Source: Clostridia bacterium (lineage in GTDB: Bacteria; Bacillota; Clostridia; JAAYHZ01). From it: a stretch of DNA of 64,000 nt. How positions within the stretch are numbered: the stretch's first letter is position 1; each line of letters opens with the position of its first letter. The notes below the pieces were generated by a model. That model made no database searches. It was given only the letters and a program-made list of their open reading frames with translations, and had not been told where the DNA came from. The stretch spans positions 352,001 through 416,000 of the forward strand of contig JBMNIH010000002.1 of assembly GCA_050950825.1 (NCBI GenBank). Direction: 5' to 3'. Positions 1 to 9,706 of the stretch are shown here, one piece after another. The translations under genes were made by a program, and so were the position numbers.

Positions 1-56
1 AGAACATTCTTTGCAAATACGGTGCTTCCCGCGCCGATAAACGTTATCTTTCTCAT
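1..56 (-). CDS. GH4 family glycosidase (alpha-galactosidase/glucosidase), 5' end only, runs off window
   Basis: Minus strand reads MRKITFIGAGSTVFAKNV, the GH4 NAD-binding N-terminus; GGAGG SD upstream. Confidence 0.8.
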   Translation of the reverse strand, partial: MRKITFIGAGSTVFAKNV

Positions 57-88
57 GTGTTTAGAACCTCCCTAAAAGTTTACGTTCT

Positions 89-1711
89 CTATTGTAACGT
101 TATATGTACAACACCCATTCTATCATATGGAGCCCAAGAATAGGAGACTATGTTTCCGTTAATTTTTTCGGACAATTCCCGAATCAACGCCTTCATGCCT
201 TCCGAGGTAAAGTCGTTGGGGTTGTAGTCTTTCAGACGGTATGAAAACGACCGCTCGCCCTTTGCGAAGGCATTTTTCATATGCTCCAGCATCTCGGTTC
301 GGTTTTGAAGGTAAGTCCCGTTAAGGTTATAGTAATTGTAGCGGTCTTGGTCGCATACGGGATAAGCCGAACGGTCCCACAGACGGTATTTTTCCAAATC
401 CTTATCGGTAACGTTAAAATAGTAGTGGCGTAAAACGCTTTTTGCTCCTACGGGGTCGTCGTAGGTAGCGTCTACGTGGTAATACTCCCCGTCCAGCCGC
501 ACCATATTCCAAGAATGGCTTGTGCCTTGGTCGGTGCCTACCACTTCACGGCAATAGACTCCCGCCAAAGATAACAAAAGCAGCATGGCTCGGCTGTAGC
601 CTTGGCATACGGCCTCCTTTTCAATCAAAGCACCGTAGGCATCGTAGCAGTGCTCCGAGTAACCGTAAGAAGTGTTCAGAACCAAATAGTCATGGACCGC
701 CAATTCTTTTTCCACATCGGTCATGCCCGGCTTCACAAGATCGGCTACAATACGGCAAGCTTTTTTCAAAAGCTCTTTTCTTTCTTCCGGACTTACGGTG
801 TATTTGATATGAATTTCATACCGAATGATATTTCCTTCCCTGTCTTCCAGCCACCGAAAATCGGCTCCCTTGTACATACCCGTGTAAGAATCGTTTGTTT
901 TTAAGGATTCGCTTACGTCTTCACGAATATTCCCCGAATACTCGGAAGGATTGATGACAAGAGTCTCGGTATACCGGTACAAAGCTCGAAGAATCAGCTT
1001 GTCCAGCTGTTCTTTGCTTTGCACGTAATACGTGCCGTTAACCGTTTTGATATCCGGTAATAGCCCTTCTCCTAAGGCAAGGATGCAAAGCTCGTTTACG
1101 GCCCCCGTGCTTACGAGCCGGTCCGCAAGGCGGCTTTTTTCGTCCTTCATACGGCTCCAAAGGGCGCGGTAAGACAAAAGAATCAACTCTTTTCGGGTAA
1201 ACGATTCGCTTTTTTCGAATGCTTCCCTTTCGGTTCGGTTAAGGACTCCGACAGACTCCAATTTTTTCAAAGCATCGAAATAGGAAAAGTCCCCCTCTTC
1301 CTCGGAATACCCTAACGCGCGGAGAAGAAAAGCGGCATACTGAAGAGGTGTCGTTAAAAGAACGGAGCCGAACCGATTTTCTCCGATCCCTTTTGTAAGC
1401 CCCTCACGGTACAAAAAGCCGATGTAAGGGGCGGCCCAGCCGGGTACATCGGTAAAGGGGTGGGTATATTGTTCCTCCAGTGCCGTTTTTTCTTTTCCAA
1501 GAAGCCTTACCAGCATGACCGCCGATTCGGCTCGGGTCGGACTCCGATCCGGTTCATACCCTTTGTCGGTGCCCTGCATAAGCCCTAATATTTTTAAGCA
1601 ATCGGCGTAAAATTCGATATCCCGGATATATTCATCGGCATAAACAGGTACCGGATTGATAAATCCTATAAGCAGCGTTATGGATAAAACAACGGAAATT
1701 ACGGATCTCAT
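89..1711 (-). CDS. Secreted S-layer homology (SLH) domain plus transglutaminase-like domain protein
   Basis: Signal peptide; SLH motifs (PTRAESAVML, FTDVPGWAAPYI); Cys-His-Asp triad AVCQGY/HSWN/VDATYDD; start moved to ATG 1711 after GGAGG. Confidence 0.85.
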   Translation of the reverse strand: MRSVISVVLSITLLIGFINPVPVYADEYIRDIEFYADCLKILGLMQGTDKGYEPDRSPTRAESAVMLVRLLGKEKTALEEQYTHPFTDVPGWAAPYIGFLYREGLTKGIGENRFGSVLLTTPLQYAAFLLRALGYSEEEGDFSYFDALKKLESVGVLNRTEREAFEKSESFTRKELILLSYRALWSRMKDEKSRLADRLVSTGAVNELCILALGEGLLPDIKTVNGTYYVQSKEQLDKLILRALYRYTETLVINPSEYSGNIREDVSESLKTNDSYTGMYKGADFRWLEDREGNIIRYEIHIKYTVSPEERKELLKKACRIVADLVKPGMTDVEKELAVHDYLVLNTSYGYSEHCYDAYGALIEKEAVCQGYSRAMLLLLSLAGVYCREVVGTDQGTSHSWNMVRLDGEYYHVDATYDDPVGAKSVLRHYYFNVTDKDLEKYRLWDRSAYPVCDQDRYNYYNLNGTYLQNRTEMLEHMKNAFAKGERSFSYRLKDYNPNDFTSEGMKALIRELSEKINGNIVSYSWAPYDRMGVVHITLQ

Positions 1712-1741
1712 CCGGCACCCTCCCGACATTTCAAGCCCCGA

Positions 1742-2314
1742 CTAAACCTTTTTTATAATCAATTCATCCAAAGTTCTTTTCGGTACGTGGTGAACCTTGT
1801 TTTCGTCACGATAGTATTTTATGTCTCCTTTCGCATCTTCCGAAACCACTTTCTCGTCGGCATAACCGAAAGCGATCACCGTGTCGATTTTGTATTTATC
1901 GTCAATACCCAAAAGCTCTTTCAACCGGTCTCTTTTCAAGGAACCGATCCAGCAGGAGCCGATCCCTTCTTCCCAAGCCGCAAGCATCATATTCTGTGCA
2001 GCGGCACCGCAATCGTGCTCGGCACCGTCCTTTCGGATGTCGGTGTCCACCAACAGGAATACGTAAAGTACGGGTTTTTCACCTTCCTTCGGCGTTCCTT
2101 CTCCTTTTAGATATCCCGCCCAAGCCGTGTTCTCAAATACTTTTTCACACATATCGGGAGATTGAACGATAATATATTTCAAAGGTTGAATGTTAGCGCC
2201 GGACGGTGCTTGTCGAGCGGCTTCCATAATTCTTGTCACGATTTCATCCGGAATGGGATCTTGCTTGAATCGTCTTACCGTTCTTCTTGATACAATGAGA
2301 TCATAAAGAGACAT
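1742..2314 (-). CDS. Nitroreductase family protein
   Basis: RRTVRRF, APSGANIQP, GIGSCWIG motifs. Confidence 0.9.
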   Translation of the reverse strand: MSLYDLIVSRRTVRRFKQDPIPDEIVTRIMEAARQAPSGANIQPLKYIIVQSPDMCEKVFENTAWAGYLKGEGTPKEGEKPVLYVFLLVDTDIRKDGAEHDCGAAAQNMMLAAWEEGIGSCWIGSLKRDRLKELLGIDDKYKIDTVIAFGYADEKVVSEDAKGDIKYYRDENKVHHVPKRTLDELIIKKV

Positions 2315-2450
2315 AGAAAAACCTCCTTGCCGTTTTGTACGTAAATTATACCATACCCATGCCGGCCCTTCAACGAAAGTTCGGTATACTTCTTCTCGGT
2401 TCCATAAAATATTCCTTTTGAAATATTGTGGCGGTTCGCTTTTAATTTTA

Positions 2451-3626
2451 TTATATATCTTCCAAATCGATCATATAGATCCCTCGATATCCTTCGTGGG
2501 TGGAATCAAAGGATACGGCAGAACCTGTATCGTTCCAGCGGGGATGCAAATCGCATCGAATGTCGTTGCAGGAAACAGGCATGGAGTAAAAAGAGCCGAG
2601 CATGATTTGAGTATCCTCCTCAAAATCGTATATGCTTAAGGATCTCATGCCGATTTTCGAAGGATATGTATCCATTAAAAGCCGTTTTCGGTCCGGGGAA
2701 TAACTCATGTGGGTATCTTTCGTAAAAGCGCCTTCGGCGATAAGCCTCCCCTCGTAGGTGCGGTCAATAAGCTCGTAGGTGTTAAGGTCTCCTTTTCGAC
2801 ATTTCAATTCCTTGCCGTCGGAGAAAAAAATCACGGTATTTTTATCCTTCCAATGGTAGTGGGATTGGATACCGTAGTCCGACAGCAAAAACAAATCCTT
2901 CCCTTCTTTATCGGCGGTAATAATGGCGGTTTTGTGACGTTCTCCGGGCTTCGGGAAATTGCGAGGCAAGAACAAAAAACGACTTTGGTCCGTATTGAAG
3001 GTAATGTGGTTGATTACCATTTTTTGATCCTCACCTTGGAAATACCCTCCCGAAAAATCCCATATGTCTTGCAGGGACAAGATCAATTTTCCTTTCCCGG
3101 ATTCCATATCCGTCAGAAAAATTCCGTCCTCCTTCGGATGGTTTTCGTTCTTAAAAGGGTCTTCGATGGTAGCATACCCGTACCCCGGTCGAAAATCATA
3201 AAGCCTGCTCATGTTGATTCCCAAAGCATATTCCCCCGATGAAGACACATTGGCTACAGGGTAATCCGTATACCTTTTCTTCCCCGTATTAATATCCATG
3301 ATTACGCCGACGTAAACGCCGTCCTCTAGCCGGTTGTAGATAATCTCCCGGCCCTTTGCCTTCGGGTTCCATTGAAGCATCGCTCCCTGCTGAAAGTTCC
3401 ATGCTTCGGTAATATCCAAGGCCTCAAATTTCCCGGTTTCAATTTCAATGATGCCGATTTGCGCTTTGTCCCCTTTTACATGGAGCCGATCCATGAAAGA
3501 AACCTTATGAGCAAGATGAAAACGTCCGGTCGGGTCGAAGGCCGGAAGATCGTAATAACCGAAGAAAAAATAGCCTTCTCCCGGAGAAATCCTTCGAACG
3601 AACGGCCGACCGTACCGAATTTTCAT
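2451..3626 (-). CDS. TolB-like/oligogalacturonate-lyase-like beta-propeller protein
   Basis: FFGYYD, AWNFQQGAMLQW, RCDLHPRW..FDSTHEG motifs; no signal peptide. Confidence 0.6.
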   Translation of the reverse strand: MKIRYGRPFVRRISPGEGYFFFGYYDLPAFDPTGRFHLAHKVSFMDRLHVKGDKAQIGIIEIETGKFEALDITEAWNFQQGAMLQWNPKAKGREIIYNRLEDGVYVGVIMDINTGKKRYTDYPVANVSSSGEYALGINMSRLYDFRPGYGYATIEDPFKNENHPKEDGIFLTDMESGKGKLILSLQDIWDFSGGYFQGEDQKMVINHITFNTDQSRFLFLPRNFPKPGERHKTAIITADKEGKDLFLLSDYGIQSHYHWKDKNTVIFFSDGKELKCRKGDLNTYELIDRTYEGRLIAEGAFTKDTHMSYSPDRKRLLMDTYPSKIGMRSLSIYDFEEDTQIMLGSFYSMPVSCNDIRCDLHPRWNDTGSAVSFDSTHEGYRGIYMIDLEDI

Positions 3627-3828
3627 ACCCGATCCCTCCTCCCTTAAAGGTTTTCCTTATTCTCCATTATATACCCTTCTTGTCCTTTGCAACATTTTTT
3701 CTTGCAGCATATTTATAATTTCCATAAGTTATTACAAAGGATGAAAGCTTCTTGCTAGAATACCGTGATGAAAGGGGGATATACTGAATAAGACTTGTGT
3801 AAAATCTATGATATAAGGAAGATAGCAG

Positions 3829-5196
3829 ATGAACGGTAAACAATTGGTTTTGGATACATTGGATCATAAAAAAACGGAGCGGATTCCGTGGATTCCCTTT
3901 GCCGGGGTCCATGCCGGATCCTTATGCGGATACAATGCTACGGAAATTTTAAAGGATGCGGACAAATTGTACAAAGCGGTTTTGGAAGCAAACCGTATCT
4001 ACAATGCAGACGGTCAGCCGGTCCTGTTCGACCTGCAGGTGGAAGCGGAAATATTAGGATGCGAATTGCAATGGGAGCCCTATTCTCCTCCGTCGGTAAG
4101 GACCCATCCTCTTGAAAATACCGACCGGATTCCTTGTCTATGCCGATTGCCGAAAAAAACCGACGGCAGAATACCCATGATATTGGACGTGATGAGACGC
4201 TTGAAGAAAGAAATCGGGGATCGTACCGCTTTGTTCGGCTTAATATGCGGCCCCTTTACCTTGGCCTCTCATTTGCGAGGCAGCAACATATTCATGGACA
4301 TGTACGACGACGAGGAATACGTTAAAAGCTTATTGTCCTTTTGCACCAAGGTTGCTATGGTCATGAGCGAGTACTACATCGAAGCCGGTATGGACGTTAT
4401 TGCCGCCGTGGATCCCTTGGTCTCCCAAATATCGCCGAGTCATTTTGAAACCTTTTTGTCGGACCCTTATACGAGGTTGTTTAAGTATATAAAAGGGGTG
4501 GGGGTACACACCGCTTTCTTCGTTTGCGGCAACGCAAGCGAAAGCATTGACGTGATGTGCCAAAGCTCTCCGGATGCCATTTTTGTAGACGAAAACGTGG
4601 ATTTGAAAAGAGCGCAGCAAACGACAAAGAAATACAATATCACCATCGGCGGGAATATTCCTTTGACCTCCATCATGCTCCACGGAACGCAGCAGGACAA
4701 TATCAAATACGTAATCGACCTGATCGATTCTTTGGACAAAGACAATTTGATCATCGCACCGGGATGCGACATGCCTTACCATACCCCCATTGAAAATACC
4801 GTTGCCGCTTCCCAAGCGGTTCAAAACACGGAAGCCATGAGAGTTTCGGTCCAAAACTACGAGATTACGGACGACGGACCGGATGTGGTATTGCCGGATT
4901 ACGAGCATTTGGATCGTCCCTTGATTGAAGTCTTTACCTTGGACAGTGCCACCTGCGCAGCCTGTACCTACATGATGGACGCAGCTTTAATCGCCAAGAA
5001 AGAATACGGCGATAAAATCGACGTGAAGGAATACAAATTCACCGAAAAAGAAAATATTTCACGAGTCAAAAAGATGGGCGTACAAAAGCTCCCCTCCATC
5101 TATATTAACGGAAAACTGCAGTTTTCCTCCATTATCCCGAGAAGGTCGGAGTTGTTCGAACGCATAAACGAGGTGCTCGACGGTGGAAAGCGCTAA
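3829..5196 (+). CDS. Uroporphyrinogen-decarboxylase-family (MtaA/CmuA-like) methyltransferase with C-terminal thioredoxin-like domain
   Basis: DLQVEAEILGC, GPFTLA, IIAPGCDMP; C-terminal TCAAC ... LPSIYING. Confidence 0.8.
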   Translation: MNGKQLVLDTLDHKKTERIPWIPFAGVHAGSLCGYNATEILKDADKLYKAVLEANRIYNADGQPVLFDLQVEAEILGCELQWEPYSPPSVRTHPLENTDRIPCLCRLPKKTDGRIPMILDVMRRLKKEIGDRTALFGLICGPFTLASHLRGSNIFMDMYDDEEYVKSLLSFCTKVAMVMSEYYIEAGMDVIAAVDPLVSQISPSHFETFLSDPYTRLFKYIKGVGVHTAFFVCGNASESIDVMCQSSPDAIFVDENVDLKRAQQTTKKYNITIGGNIPLTSIMLHGTQQDNIKYVIDLIDSLDKDNLIIAPGCDMPYHTPIENTVAASQAVQNTEAMRVSVQNYEITDDGPDVVLPDYEHLDRPLIEVFTLDSATCAACTYMMDAALIAKKEYGDKIDVKEYKFTEKENISRVKKMGVQKLPSIYINGKLQFSSIIPRRSELFERINEVLDGGKR

Positions 5197-6112
5197 AAAC
5201 CTGTACATCGTGACCGGCTTTTTAGGCTCCGGCAAAACCACGTTTTTAAACCGTTGGCTTGAATCCTTTGAAAACCGGCCTATAGCATTGGTTATCAACG
5301 AATTCGGAGCCGTAGACGTAGACGGAGCCTTGTTCGATCCCTCTCGTTTCGACATTGCCAAAATCAGCAACGGATCCATCCTTTGCTCCTGTCGGTCCGA
5401 TCGCTTCATCGAAGTGATGGAAAGCCTGGCTAAAGCCTCGGTTACCGATGTGATCGTAGAAACCTCCGGCATATCGGACATATCGATATTAGGGAAGGTT
5501 TTAGGCACGATAAACCAGCTGACAAAGGATGCCTATTGCTACAAAGGCTTGATCACCGTTGCCGACTGCACCCGGATACGAAAAACCGCTTCCGTTTCTT
5601 TGCCCGTAAAAAGCCAGCTGGCATATGCGGATTACATCCTATTGAACAAGACGGATTTGTGCACCGAGGAAGAAACGGAGGAAGTCCTTTCGTTTATTCG
5701 AAGGATCAATCCCCTCTGCCCTATTGAAAAGACGTATTACGGCATAGCGAAGAATCCGAAAAAGCTCTTGGATTTGGAAGTCTTCCGCAAACTGCCCGTT
5801 AACATGAAGGACGTTGTTTCTCCTTGGCCGGATAAATTTACGTGCTTTTTTCAAAGAAAAATATCCGTCGATCGGTTGGAAGCCTTGGTTGATTTTTTAA
5901 TCTCTCATGCTTTAAGGGTAAAGGGCTTTGTAGATACGGACGAGGGTTTTCGATTTGTAGATGCCGTACCGGGTTCCGTAAAAACGAGCGAGTATAAATT
6001 TCATGATTTCTCCTTTTTGACGGTCATTTACGAACACGAGACGCCTTTAAAGCTTTTGACAAAGAAAAAAGGCGTGGATCTTTTCGGTCCGGAAATTTTG
6101 AAAATTGAGTAG
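5183..6112 (+). CDS. CobW/COG0523 family metallochaperone GTPase
   Basis: TGFLGSGKTT, INEFG, NGSILCSC, VETSG, LNKTD; overlaps upstream stop. Confidence 0.9.
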   Translation: MESAKNLYIVTGFLGSGKTTFLNRWLESFENRPIALVINEFGAVDVDGALFDPSRFDIAKISNGSILCSCRSDRFIEVMESLAKASVTDVIVETSGISDISILGKVLGTINQLTKDAYCYKGLITVADCTRIRKTASVSLPVKSQLAYADYILLNKTDLCTEEETEEVLSFIRRINPLCPIEKTYYGIAKNPKKLLDLEVFRKLPVNMKDVVSPWPDKFTCFFQRKISVDRLEALVDFLISHALRVKGFVDTDEGFRFVDAVPGSVKTSEYKFHDFSFLTVIYEHETPLKLLTKKKGVDLFGPEILKIE

Positions 6113-6137
6113 ATATGTATTATTCAAAATACCTCCT

Positions 6138-6182
6138 TTTAAAACACCCGATAGAAGAAAAGCTCTATCGGGTGTTTTTAAA
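6138..6182. terminator. Bidirectional intrinsic terminator
   Basis: aaaacacccgatag...ctatcgggtgtttt hairpin between convergent genes. Confidence 0.75.
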
Positions 6183-6191
6183 CGGTTTATT

Positions 6192-7274
6192 TTACAGAAT
6201 AATTTCTTTCCCCGTTTCCGCGGATTCGTAGATCGCCGTAATGATTCGGATCATATCCACGCCCTGTTGAGGTACGAAAATGGGTTTGGCTCTTCCTAAC
6301 AAGCAGTCCACTACGTGGTCCAAGTTTCCTGCATGCTGTTCTCTTTTACCGGATTTTTTGAAGTTCGGTTGAAGGTCCGTGGTAATTCCTTGTTCTTCGC
6401 TGAAAATGGACAGCTTGCTGTCAAAGTACGAGGAATGCCATCTTGCTCCGGCTTTGGTTCCCATCAGCTCGTAATAACGGTTTTCTCTTTCGATGTTTTC
6501 CGCCCAGCTGAATTCCACCGTCATGGTGGCGCCGTTGTCAAACTTGATGTAGCCGGTAGCCAAGTCTTCCACGTTGTAAATGCCGTCTTCCTTGGCATCG
6601 CCGAAAGCGGCGTTTACGCTGTCGGCCAAGGTTTGGCTTTGTCCGAATTTGGAATAGGTGGAGCCTACCACCGAAACCGGTCTCGGATTGCCCATGAGCC
6701 ATATGGTCAAATCCATCATATGTACGCCCAAGTCGATTAAGGGTCCTCCGCCGGACAACTCTTTTGTTGTAAACCATCCGCCTTTTCCGGGAATTCCTCT
6801 TCGTCTTACCCAACCGCATTTGGCGTAGTAGATTTCGCCCATTTTGCCGTCTTCTACGAACTTCTTAACAAAAGCGCTTTCCGCCGTAAAGCGGTTATTT
6901 CTCATGACCATTAAAAGCTTACCGGAGCGCTCGTAGGCCTCCTTCATCTTCAGCACTTCTTCGTAGTTCATGGCGTCCGGCTTCTCGCACATGACGTTTT
7001 TCCCTGCATTCAAAGCGTCTACGGCAATAATCGAATGGTATTTGTTCGGGGTGCAAATATCAACCAGATCCAAATCCTCCAAAGCAATTAAATCCTTGTA
7101 GTCTTCGAACACATAAGGGATGTTATGCTTCTGAGCGGCTTTTTCCGCCCGTTCCCTTATGATATCGCACACCGCAACCACTTCCACGTCCGGATTGGTC
7201 ATCCAAGCTTCCAAGTGGGTCCCTCTTCCGATACCGCCGATTCCTACAACTCCAACTTTGATTTTTTTGCTCAT
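6192..7274 (-). CDS. Gfo/Idh/MocA family oxidoreductase
   Basis: GIGGIG, CEKP, GGPLIDLGVHMMD. Confidence 0.92.
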   Translation of the reverse strand: MSKKIKVGVVGIGGIGRGTHLEAWMTNPDVEVVAVCDIIRERAEKAAQKHNIPYVFEDYKDLIALEDLDLVDICTPNKYHSIIAVDALNAGKNVMCEKPDAMNYEEVLKMKEAYERSGKLLMVMRNNRFTAESAFVKKFVEDGKMGEIYYAKCGWVRRRGIPGKGGWFTTKELSGGGPLIDLGVHMMDLTIWLMGNPRPVSVVGSTYSKFGQSQTLADSVNAAFGDAKEDGIYNVEDLATGYIKFDNGATMTVEFSWAENIERENRYYELMGTKAGARWHSSYFDSKLSIFSEEQGITTDLQPNFKKSGKREQHAGNLDHVVDCLLGRAKPIFVPQQGVDMIRIITAIYESAETGKEIIL

Positions 7275-7369
7275 AGATTATATCCTCCGTACACAATATC
7301 TACGAGCATTATACCATACCTATTGTGTAAAATATCCTCACAAAGCATATGAAATATGGCAAAACATCA

Positions 7370-8140
7370 TCATTTTTCGATACGTACCTGGGTTCCGTTC
7401 ACGTCCACCGCAAAATCCTCCGTAAACAGCATATCGGAAACCTTCACCGCTTCGTATCCTTTCATCCTTAACCTCGTCAATACCTCTCTCAACGTATCTT
7501 CTACAAATTTGCCGTTTGTTTTAAACAGAAATATGGACCCCGGCTTTACGTTCTCCATGGCCATTTCCACGGCTCGCTCTACGGGGACCTCCGGCTTCCA
7601 AGTCAGAGGGTCCGTATCATAGCGAACGGAGTACATACCCATCGCCGCCGCCGTCTTTACAACCCTGCCGCCGAAATCGTCGTAAGGCGCACGAAACAAC
7701 GTGCATTCGTCCTTCGTTATCCTTTGAAGCGTCGCATTGCATTCTTGAATTTCACTCTTGATCACGTTTGCTTTTGCATCCCCTAATTGTCGGTAGCTGT
7801 AGGTCATATTCCCGATATCATGCCCTTTTGCCCATAAAGAAAGAACCGCCGATCGGTTTTCCAAGGCCAATTTTCCGGGTATGAAAAACGTCGCTTTCGC
7901 ATCGAATTCGTCCAATATATACATGATATTTTGTATCTCATCGCCGAAGGATAGGCAATCAAAGGTTAATGCCACTTGCTTTAGCTCCGTATCCACCGAA
8001 CAAACGGGTACGGCGGAAATTCCGTTTATCGGTTTTGCCACATTGTAGAAATTTAGAACCCAAACGGTTAAAAACATAACCGTGACCAACAGACCGATAC
8101 CGATTCTTCGAACCCATTTGCTTTTATTTCTATCTTCCAT
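7370..8140 (-). CDS. Polysaccharide deacetylase (NodB/PdaB-like, sporulation type), possibly degenerate
   Basis: N-terminal TM; VALTFD, KATFF, FRAPY, PGSIFLF; HxxxH and LxH motifs are altered. Confidence 0.8.
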   Translation of the reverse strand: MEDRNKSKWVRRIGIGLLVTVMFLTVWVLNFYNVAKPINGISAVPVCSVDTELKQVALTFDCLSFGDEIQNIMYILDEFDAKATFFIPGKLALENRSAVLSLWAKGHDIGNMTYSYRQLGDAKANVIKSEIQECNATLQRITKDECTLFRAPYDDFGGRVVKTAAAMGMYSVRYDTDPLTWKPEVPVERAVEMAMENVKPGSIFLFKTNGKFVEDTLREVLTRLRMKGYEAVKVSDMLFTEDFAVDVNGTQVRIEK

Positions 8141-8257
8141 AATTCACACTCCCGCCATGTTGCTACTACATCATATTAAAAAAAAGGACAAATTATACCC
8201 TGATCCGACAAAAACAATCCACCGAAAAGACAAAATCGAAAATCCGCTTGCTGTGCG

Positions 8258-8318
8258 TTATCCACAAAGTTATCCACAATTTTGATAACATATCCACATC
8301 AAGTTATCCATATCCACG
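8258..8318 (+). promoter_or_regulatory. DnaA-box cluster
   Basis: Perfect TTATCCACA at 8258-8266 and 8270-8278; ATATCCACA 8290-8298, TTATCCATA 8304-8312, ATATCCACG 8310-8318. Confidence 0.75.
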
Positions 8319-8321
8319 GGA

Positions 8322-8354
8322 GCGACGATTTTTTACGCGACGATTTTTTATGCG
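8322..8354. repeat. 15-bp tandem direct repeat
   Basis: GCGACGATTTTTTAC GCGACGATTTTTTAT GCG. Confidence 0.85.
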
Positions 8355-8440
8355 GAATTTCCTTTTTCAACATCAAGAAGAGAGGTTTTTCCGGTAAAAT
8401 AGGAAGGGTGAAGAACCTGTTTCATAAGGAGGTAGATCTG

Positions 8441-9532
8441 ATGCTGCTTGAGGACTTAAAAAAAAGAGAACTGCCACAGCTTACCGTATTCAATGACGGA
8501 ACCCAATGCACCCCGGAATCCTGGCCAAAAAGAAGAGAAGAGCTTTTAACGTTGCTGCAAGAAAATATCTACGGCTATACCCCGGCACCGCCGAAAAAGG
8601 TAACGGGAAAAGTCATAAAAAAAACGCCTCCTCACGCCTTTGCAGGAAAAGCCATACACGAAACGGTGGAAGTGTCCTTCGATACTCCCTATGGCGACTT
8701 TTCCTTCCCTCTCCAAGTGATTGTACCTGTAAACGTTCCGAAGCCTCCCGTTTTTCTTCATATCGCTTTTCGTCCGGACATTCCGGATAAGTACACACCG
8801 GCGGAAGAGCTTATTGATAACGGATTCGCGCTGGCCTTGTTTTATTACCAAGATGTGGTCAACGATAACCACTTCGGCGATTATTCCGACGGTTTGGGAA
8901 AGCTTTTCATCGGTTCTCGAAAAAGAGAAAAGACGGAATGGGGAAAAATCGGCATGTGGGCATATGCCGCAAGCCGTGCCATGGACTATCTTGTAACCCG
9001 AGAGGACATCGATGCCGAAAAAGTGGCGGTGGTCGGTCATTCCCGTTTAGGAAAAACCGCATTGTGGTGTGCAGCCCGGGACACGCGCTTTTTCACCGCC
9101 ATATCCAATAATTCCGGAAAAGGCGGTGCATCTCTCATGAGGCACGCAACCGGGGAAACGGTGAAGTCCTTTTTGGATGCCGGCAGCTGGGATTGGTTCT
9201 GTGAAAAATGGAAAGAATACCACGGACATGAAAATGAAATCCCTTACGACCAGCATTTCGTTTTGGCATGCATAGCTCCGAGATACATCCTGGTAGGCAG
9301 CGCCGAAATCGACCCCGGAGCGGACCCGAAATCGGAATTCCTATCCTGTGTAGCGGCCTCCGAGGTTTATCGTTTGTTAGGAAAAACAGGATTGGTCACC
9401 GAGGATAAATACCCGGTTCCCGATACCGCCCTCCACCAAGGAGAAATCGGATACCATATCCGCAAAGGCTTGCACTATTTCAGCCGCACCGATTGGCTGT
9501 ACTACATGGATTATTTGAAAAAGAGGATTTAA
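8441..9532 (+). CDS. Glucuronoyl/acetyl-xylan esterase-like alpha/beta hydrolase (CE15-like)
   Basis: GHSRLGKTALW nucleophile elbow, YDQHFVLACIAPR; start at ATG 8441 after AAGGAGGT. Confidence 0.8.
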   Translation: MLLEDLKKRELPQLTVFNDGTQCTPESWPKRREELLTLLQENIYGYTPAPPKKVTGKVIKKTPPHAFAGKAIHETVEVSFDTPYGDFSFPLQVIVPVNVPKPPVFLHIAFRPDIPDKYTPAEELIDNGFALALFYYQDVVNDNHFGDYSDGLGKLFIGSRKREKTEWGKIGMWAYAASRAMDYLVTREDIDAEKVAVVGHSRLGKTALWCAARDTRFFTAISNNSGKGGASLMRHATGETVKSFLDAGSWDWFCEKWKEYHGHENEIPYDQHFVLACIAPRYILVGSAEIDPGADPKSEFLSCVAASEVYRLLGKTGLVTEDKYPVPDTALHQGEIGYHIRKGLHYFSRTDWLYYMDYLKKRI

Positions 9533-9537
9533 AATAC

Positions 9538-9580
9538 AAGGTCCAAAAATCGCTTGAAAAAACCGGTTTTTGGACCTTTT
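9538..9580 (+). terminator. Putative intrinsic terminator
   Basis: aaggtccaaaaa...tttttggacctttt. Confidence 0.6.
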
Positions 9581-9706
9581 TCATCGATCTTTTTTCCGAA
9601 TGGAAAGCTTGTAAAGATAACTTCGGCATGGTACTTTCAAAAAAGAATGACCGTTTTTACCAAAAAAACTTTTGATATAAAGGGCAAACGGAAGGAGGCC
9701 GGGCCA

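Noticed and set aside
8258-8354. oriC
   Set aside because: No dnaA/dnaN, no DnaA-trio run or clear unwinding element, and highly expressed genes to the right (rpsB, tsf, infC) point toward the site rather than away.
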